A DNA stretch of 64,000 nucleotides from Psammoneis japonica (lineage: Eukaryota). Of the stretch, positions 57,799 to 64,000 are shown in pieces; the first letter of the stretch is position 1; every line of letters starts with the position of its first letter. The stretch lies in assembly GCA_008632985.1 (NCBI GenBank), contig QPGO01000087.1, positions 124,001 through 188,000 of the forward strand, read 5' to 3'. A model generated the notes under the pieces. It was not told the origin of the DNA. It did not search any database and saw nothing but the letters and a program-made list of their open reading frames with translations. The position numbers and the translations under genes are program-made.

Positions 57799-59691
57799 AT
57801 GAGGATCTTAGCTTCAGCATGTGTGATGCTCGTGGCTCTTGCATCCATGGGAGACTCGGGCTTGGTAGTGGAAGGCAGAAAACCTAGTCGATCCGCTGCG
57901 GCACCACCACGTCGAAGTTCTGGTCGAGGAAGCAGCAGTAGCAGTCGTTCAAGACGGCAGGCTCCCGTATCTCGTAGACGGGCTTACGAGGACGAGGATG
58001 ATGATGAGGATGACGACGAGGACTTTGGCTTTCCAGGGGACGACGATGAAGAGGAGGAAGAAGAAGACATAGTGCGACCAGTTTCATCAAAAAAGCGACG
58101 TGGGCCTAGCCAAGGTGGTGGCTCAAGAAGAAAATCTTCTAGAGGAGGTTCAGCACCACCGCCTAGGAAGAAACAGAGTCGGAGCCGTGACCGATACGCT
58201 GACGATGAGTATGATTACGACGAAGACGAGTACGATCGAGCTCCTCCACCCCGAAGAGGACGACCTTCGGCTTCTCGTCGGGGGGCTCCGCCAAGGTACA
58301 GCGATGGAGGACGCTCACGTGATGGTAGACGGTCAGGTGGAAGAGTCATACCATACACTCGGGAGCCAGCTCCTAGCGCATTTGCTAGAGGGTTGGCTGG
58401 TCTGCGGGACTCCCTTCCAGACCCCTCTGCAGTCCGGGAGGCTGCCACTAAATCTTTGAGTGCAGCAAGAGAAACAAGCTCAAAGCTGTCGACCCAAATC
58501 TATCGTGAAGTCAAGGGGCTCACAAGTTCTGAACTCGAACAGGTTATGCTAAAGGCAACCCGCCCCGATGATACTCCCGTCAAGGGAAAGCATGTAGAGC
58601 GACTAGTTGGCGTTACATATCAGATAAGTGGTCGTTATGATATCTACGATGCTGTGTTGAGGAAGCTATGGAAGAAAATGGCGGAGAAAGACTGGCGTAC
58701 AACAATCAAAGCACTATACGTTTTGCATCGATTCTCTGCCGATGGCGCACCTGAACACGCTCCTGCTTTGAAGGCACGTCTCCGAGAACTCCGTCGTACT
58801 CGTGATCCCAAGAAAAAAGACAAATACTTCAACTCGAAACAGCTTCTTGCAGGAGATTCAACGGTGAGTCCTATTCTGGAGTGATTCGCGAACTCTTGTC
58901 TGTGAAGATTCTCAATCGTCTGTTGTTGTCTGTGCCAATTTCACAGCCCGAGAATGTAAAATACCGAGCATTCATGGCACGCTATGCACATTATGTTCTC
59001 TTGAGAGCACAGTGCTTCGGAGGTATCTTTGACGAAATATCTCAACCGCCACCATCGAGTAAATCGAAGAAGCCCCCGAAACCCATCACCTCTGGTGCTC
59101 TCCGCCCCGAACATTTGGAAGCGGCCACCTTGGTCTTGAAGGCAGGCTTGGCGTGTGCTCTCAAGGATGGAGAGGAATGCGAAAATACAGCGATTGCCGT
59201 GGAGAGAGTTGCTTCCGATCTCATTGGACTGACGTCGTCAGTGGCTATAGCTTTGAATCGAGCCCTAAAGGGTGACAGCTTGAACGGTGCAGATCCAGCC
59301 CTCATTCAGAAATGGGCCGAGTTTTACAGTGAACAGCTTTGCCAGAAACTCGGGCAATGGTCAAAAAGACTTCTACCAAGTTGGATGCTTACGGTCTCTT
59401 TTTGCCATCTCGTATGGGCACATCCGTTTCTCAAGAGGTTCTTCAAAAGGGTCTCAATGCAGAGGCGGAATTTAAGGAGAAGGAAGAATCCGAGTCAGCC
59501 GACGAAGGGGAAGGGGACGACGAGGAGGATGCTGTGAAGAAAAGGTGGCAAAAGAGCCGACACCAGAAAAGAAAGAGGAGAAACCAGTCGACAAGGATGA
59601 GGACGACGGAGTCGATGCCGTTGACGAAGAAGATGAATACGATGAGTACGAATATGAAGAAGAGGAATACTATGATGACGAGGAATCTTGA
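57799..59691 (+). CDS. ANTH/ENTH-like (AP180/CALM-type) domain protein with a signal-peptide-like N-terminus and acidic tail
   Basis: VMLKATRPDDTPVKGKHV, DWRTTIKALYVLHR, YAHYVLLR; intron ~58864-58946; apparent frameshifts near 59342 and 59540. Confidence 0.72.
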
Positions 59692-59912
59692 TCGCGCCAA
59701 AAAGGCAATGCGTAGCTACTACCCTCAAACGGAATTTTAATGTAATATTGAGAAAAATGTCTCTAGAGTAACTGCTGTACTTCGTACTAAGTCAGACCCC
59801 CACACAGTCGATGGCACGTCAATATTGTAGTAAAGAACAGGGCTAAGCATGTCGTCTGATCAACATGTAAACCGATGCTGTTGTCAACTTGCTAATTTCA
59901 GATTGATGATGG

Positions 59913-62900
59913 TCAATCGCCTTCATAGTCCGAAGTATCGGAAATGGATGAGTTTGGTTGTGTGTCACTAGCACTCTCGTCCTTTTCTTGCTCTCGCGAA
60001 GTAAGAATCGATTCACATAGAGTGCACACCCAAGATGCTTCGTCAATGCCAAAAGACTTTGGGAACAGGTCAGCGCTCAGAGATCCATGTGAACAAGCTC
60101 CGCACACTAAGCTCCCGCAGTGTCGACAGTGAAGCCCCCTTGTAAACGTTCCAAATGCCTTCCGCATCGCATACAGTTTGGCCGCGAAGGAGCGAACTTC
60201 TGAGCTTTTGTCACACTTGCCAAGATCCGATGAAGAGAATGCTCGTCTTCTACCATATCCAGTGCGAGCACCTCGGAGTTTCCCATGTCGTCCCAAACCC
60301 ACGTCCAGTTCTTGGGCTATATCGTACGTCGTGTCAGTTGGCGAGAGAGAAGAATTTGCTGAGATACAAATCCAACTGATAAAAGACAACCGGTACGCTC
60401 CGGAATTCTTACCTTTGTCCATGACAGGTGAAGCTCCGCACCTCCGTTTGTCAGTTGGATGGCAGAGTCAATGTCACGGTTATAAAGACTCAAATGCAGA
60501 GCGGTGCACCCACTCAACGTCTGTCGGTTGGGATCAGCTCCGTAGAATAAAACCAGATGGAGAATTTCATGAATGACGCCAAGATTGCGCAAAGCGTTGT
60601 TATGGCATAGCAGATGCAACACTGTCTGCCCCCTTCGATTCGCAACATTCGGATCTGCACCCATCTGCAAGAAGCGACTAAATAGATCACACGCATCTGG
60701 AGTGGTGAGCATCGCAGCATGGTGCATTGGAGTGTTCCCTTCGCTATCTTGATAGTTCAGATCGGGTGTGCTTGGCTCTGTCACGTCACAGATACAATCG
60801 GCAATTCTTGTCCGTACCGACTTGAAACTGTCTTCCGAGTCTTCGGCATCAATCGCTTCAGTGAAAACACTATCCTCCGGCTGCGCAATCAAATGTAGTG
60901 GTGTATACCAGTTAACGTCATCGGCTACGTTCACGTCTGGCTTGTATCTCAAAACCTGCTGGGTGAATTTCAAATCTCTCCTACGCACGGCCTCGTGAAG
61001 AACGCATACGCCATCTAGATTTGGGATGTTTGGATTTGCTTTACCCGTCTCAAGCAATATCTCAGATATAGCCAGATCAGTCGCCAGATGAAGGGGAGTG
61101 CAGCCGTCGTGGTCTTGTGAATTAGCGACGGCGCCGTTCTCCAGAAGCAATCTCGATATCTCCAGGTTAGATGCTTGCACTGCCAAATGTAGCGGAGTTC
61201 TGCCGTTAAAGTCACCTTCGTTGATCTCTATCTCCTTTTTGGGAGATGTCTGAAGGCGTTCCCGCAGCAAATCAATGTCTCCGTCACTTGCCGCCCTGTG
61301 TAGAAGTAGCTTTTTCATAAGCCAAGATCTCCGGAATTGGAAGCGAGCGAAGAACCCAGTGCTGGCTCATCCAAGCTCCCAATTTCTTCAATCACATTCA
61401 CTTTATCTAGTGTGGCTTCGCATTCAATGGCACCAGCAACGACATCATCCGTGTCGTCCAAAAGACTTGTCGACGCTATAGATCGCGCAGCATCTGACAA
61501 GTGTTTTCGCAATGGACTGACTGGAGCCGCACTGCTGCTGATGCTATTGGCGCGCCAGACGCTCCCAAAAATCGATTTGATAGGAGATAAGATTTGGTCA
61601 GAGCTCAACGATTCATTCGTCATTGACTGACCATTTGCTTCACTCCCAGAGAAGGCGCTTGGATATTGTCTGCAACCAAGATCCGTTACCGTATCCACGG
61701 CTTCAGTTTTCGGAAGGCTTCTCGCGCGCAAAGCTTCAACTTCCTGCCTCAAGAGCTGTAATTCACGGTCTTTCTGGGCGCATTCGCTAGCCAAGGACTG
61801 CAACTCCTCAACGTGGTCGGAAGTATCCGCCGGAATAACCAACGTTGTGGGGGGCTGCAAGTTGTTTTCGAGCCTTTCTACTTCCTTTCTCAATCGAAGT
61901 ATCTCTTCCTTCTCACTTGATTCTGTAATATCCTTGGAAGTCTTTGCACTGGCAAGTGCACGTCTTAGCTGTGCAGACTCTTCTTTGAATCTGTCACGTT
62001 CTGCAGTCACAACGTCAATGTCTTTGCGCGTCGCTTCAGTCTCTTTAGCTCCAGGCGAGCTAACTTTGCACGGGCTAGTTGCTGAAGCGCCAGGGAGAGG
62101 AACTGTATCTGTACAAATCGGTAGCGGCAAACATGTCGTCTCCGGTATCGTTGGATAATGCACGCCTTGTATTGAGCAACATGACTGCATAAGCTTTTCT
62201 GGCTAAAGCTCCTCTGAATCTGGTCTGGGACCATTTTGCTATATACAAGGTAGCCAACAACGTCCTTCTAGTAACATGTCTCGCCATGCACACTGAATAT
62301 GTACGCGGAGCGAATGTGTCTCAGTCTCCTAACGTGCTTGATGGCACTCAGCTGCCTACAAAAGGACTGCAAAACAAGCACCGCCACAAAGCATAGTTCA
62401 TACCATTCCTTGGCCAGAACATTCGTGCCGCAGACTGTATCTGTGGCCGCAGCGTTAATTTTTCTAGTACGAATGACTTCGAGAGAATCAAAAGCGCGAC
62501 GACGAAGAAACACCTTTGTTCGACCCATTTGAATTCCAACATCGTCTGATTCGAAACGACCACTACAACCATGAAGATCCACATGATGAGGTGACGGCAG
62601 AAAATAAAATGCAATCGAAGAGAAAAAACACACCCGAGTATTCCCTACCTCTGCTTTCTAACACTTTCTTCAGAATCTGCATCAATAATATGGCAACTTG
62701 CCTCGCAACAGCGTCCACTACAGCGACGCAGAGATCTGATTCACAATTATTGTACCGCTGACGGGGCACTCCTCTCAATTCATCCATGGCAAGAATACGG
62801 TATCGCTGCACAAACGCATCGTGAGCAAAACGCTGCGGAAATCCGACTCGAGATACCCGAATGGCTTCCAGCACTCCCGCACAACGCAGTTGGTCGGCAA

Positions 62901-64000
62901 TGATTTGCGGACAAAAGCGATTCGGCACCATTCATCATTGGGTTTAAGGCAGCGAACATAATGAGGAGTTGTCTTCTCGATCCGATCTCGAAGCTCCCGG
63001 AGTTGTCGGCTAAACTGACTGCCCACACTCTCACGCATAATGGAGCTGGACGTGCGTTGGAAATGTTTTCGAACCCTGTTTCCTCCGCCACTATCAGTAG
63101 TGGTTGTGCTGCTGCTGGGAGAAGGCTCTCTCAGAATTTCACCAAAGACCGGAAGTAAGGGATGAGACGAGGACATTAAAAGATCAGTTGTTTCATTGGC
63201 AAGCTCGTCCTTGTTCTTTTCTATAAAGTGCGCCGTGTCGTACTCGACAAAGCCAGCGTAGTGATGCACCGAAAACACACACGCCACCCGTTGCGTATTG
63301 GAAGCCTGAAAGCGAGGATTGACCGAGCAGATTTCATATGTCGCACGTGCAAACGAGCTATCCGTACAACGTGGTAGTCGACATTGCTCATCCAACACGG
63401 AAAGAATGCCAGTGTGCTTCTTCTCAATCACGTCAAGGATCTCCTGGTTGTCAGGAAATGTAATAAATGACCACTCGATACCTTTCGTGAATAGAATGCA
63501 AGTGATGATGTAAGCACAGATAATGCGTCCGACAAGACGCTATCAAGGACCAACTCTGATTTTGAAACTCACCTTCCTCTTCGTATTCTTTTTGTTCCAA
63601 CTTGAAGACAAACTTGTTGAATTGCTGCTGCAGAGCCTCGTTGCAGAAATTAATACAGAGCTGCTCAAACGAATTCACGTCAAACGATTCAAACCCAAAG
63701 ATATCCAAAACTCCAATATACGCTGAACCAGTGGAATGTCTTGTTGTTGTCGACGACGGACTGTGATGGAGCTGTTGACTCTGCGTACAATGTGAGCAAA
63801 CATGGCCCCGTACGTTGCCTTGATAAGAGCCTCCAGGGCCTTGTTGGCTTGAGCAATCGACAATTTTTGACGAGGGTTTCTCCCCTTGCTTCAATCGCAC
63901 AGGTACAAAGCGCCCGATTCAAGTCATCCAACGTAATGCCCAAAGGTTAAGCATCGGATTCAATGACTTGTTGGACTCGTCCAGAACGCTCGCGTCGGAG
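59913..64000 (-). CDS. Myosin with IQ motifs, coiled coil, ankyrin repeats and C-terminal FYVE domain (5' part outside the window)
   Basis: [68 protein letters not shown]; ankyrins [26 protein letters not shown]-like [14 protein letters not shown]...CTLC; several introns and apparent frameshifts. Confidence 0.9.

Overview
This is eukaryotic nuclear DNA, most likely from a diatom, judged from the compact genes with short GT-AG introns, a diatom-type Ty1/Copia element, a bZIP-PAS factor and a myosin with an ankyrin+FYVE tail. Ordinary gene-dense segments encode a CDP-alcohol phosphotransferase, PNGase, WDR59, a PES-type acyltransferase, a rhomboid, an LRR protein, UAP1, an LYR protein, bZIP-PAS, NAA15, AK6, an ANTH protein and a myosin. 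They alternate with sharply bounded blocks (~1.76-14.6, 15.06-17.2, 24.6-26.1, 30.2-32.1 and 43.6-52.5 kb) from which the dinucleotide TpA has been almost erased. These blocks contain a full-length Copia LTR retrotransposon (3628-10705) and a hAT DNA transposon (46945-50616). In the Copia, conserved Tyr codons have become His or Cys (RT YVDD reads HVDD, LYGL reads LCGL). Paired LTRs, TIRs and tandem copies differ repeatedly by TA/TG and TG/CA swaps. The main inference is a DNA-level, both-strand TpA->TpG/CpA (A:T->G:C) hypermutation aimed at repeats or heterochromatin after insertion, running opposite to fungal RIP and overlaid on CpG decay. Several conserved genes carry single-base frameshifts that suggest unpolished long-read assembly, so the signature should be confirmed with independent reads. 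All counts are by eye.
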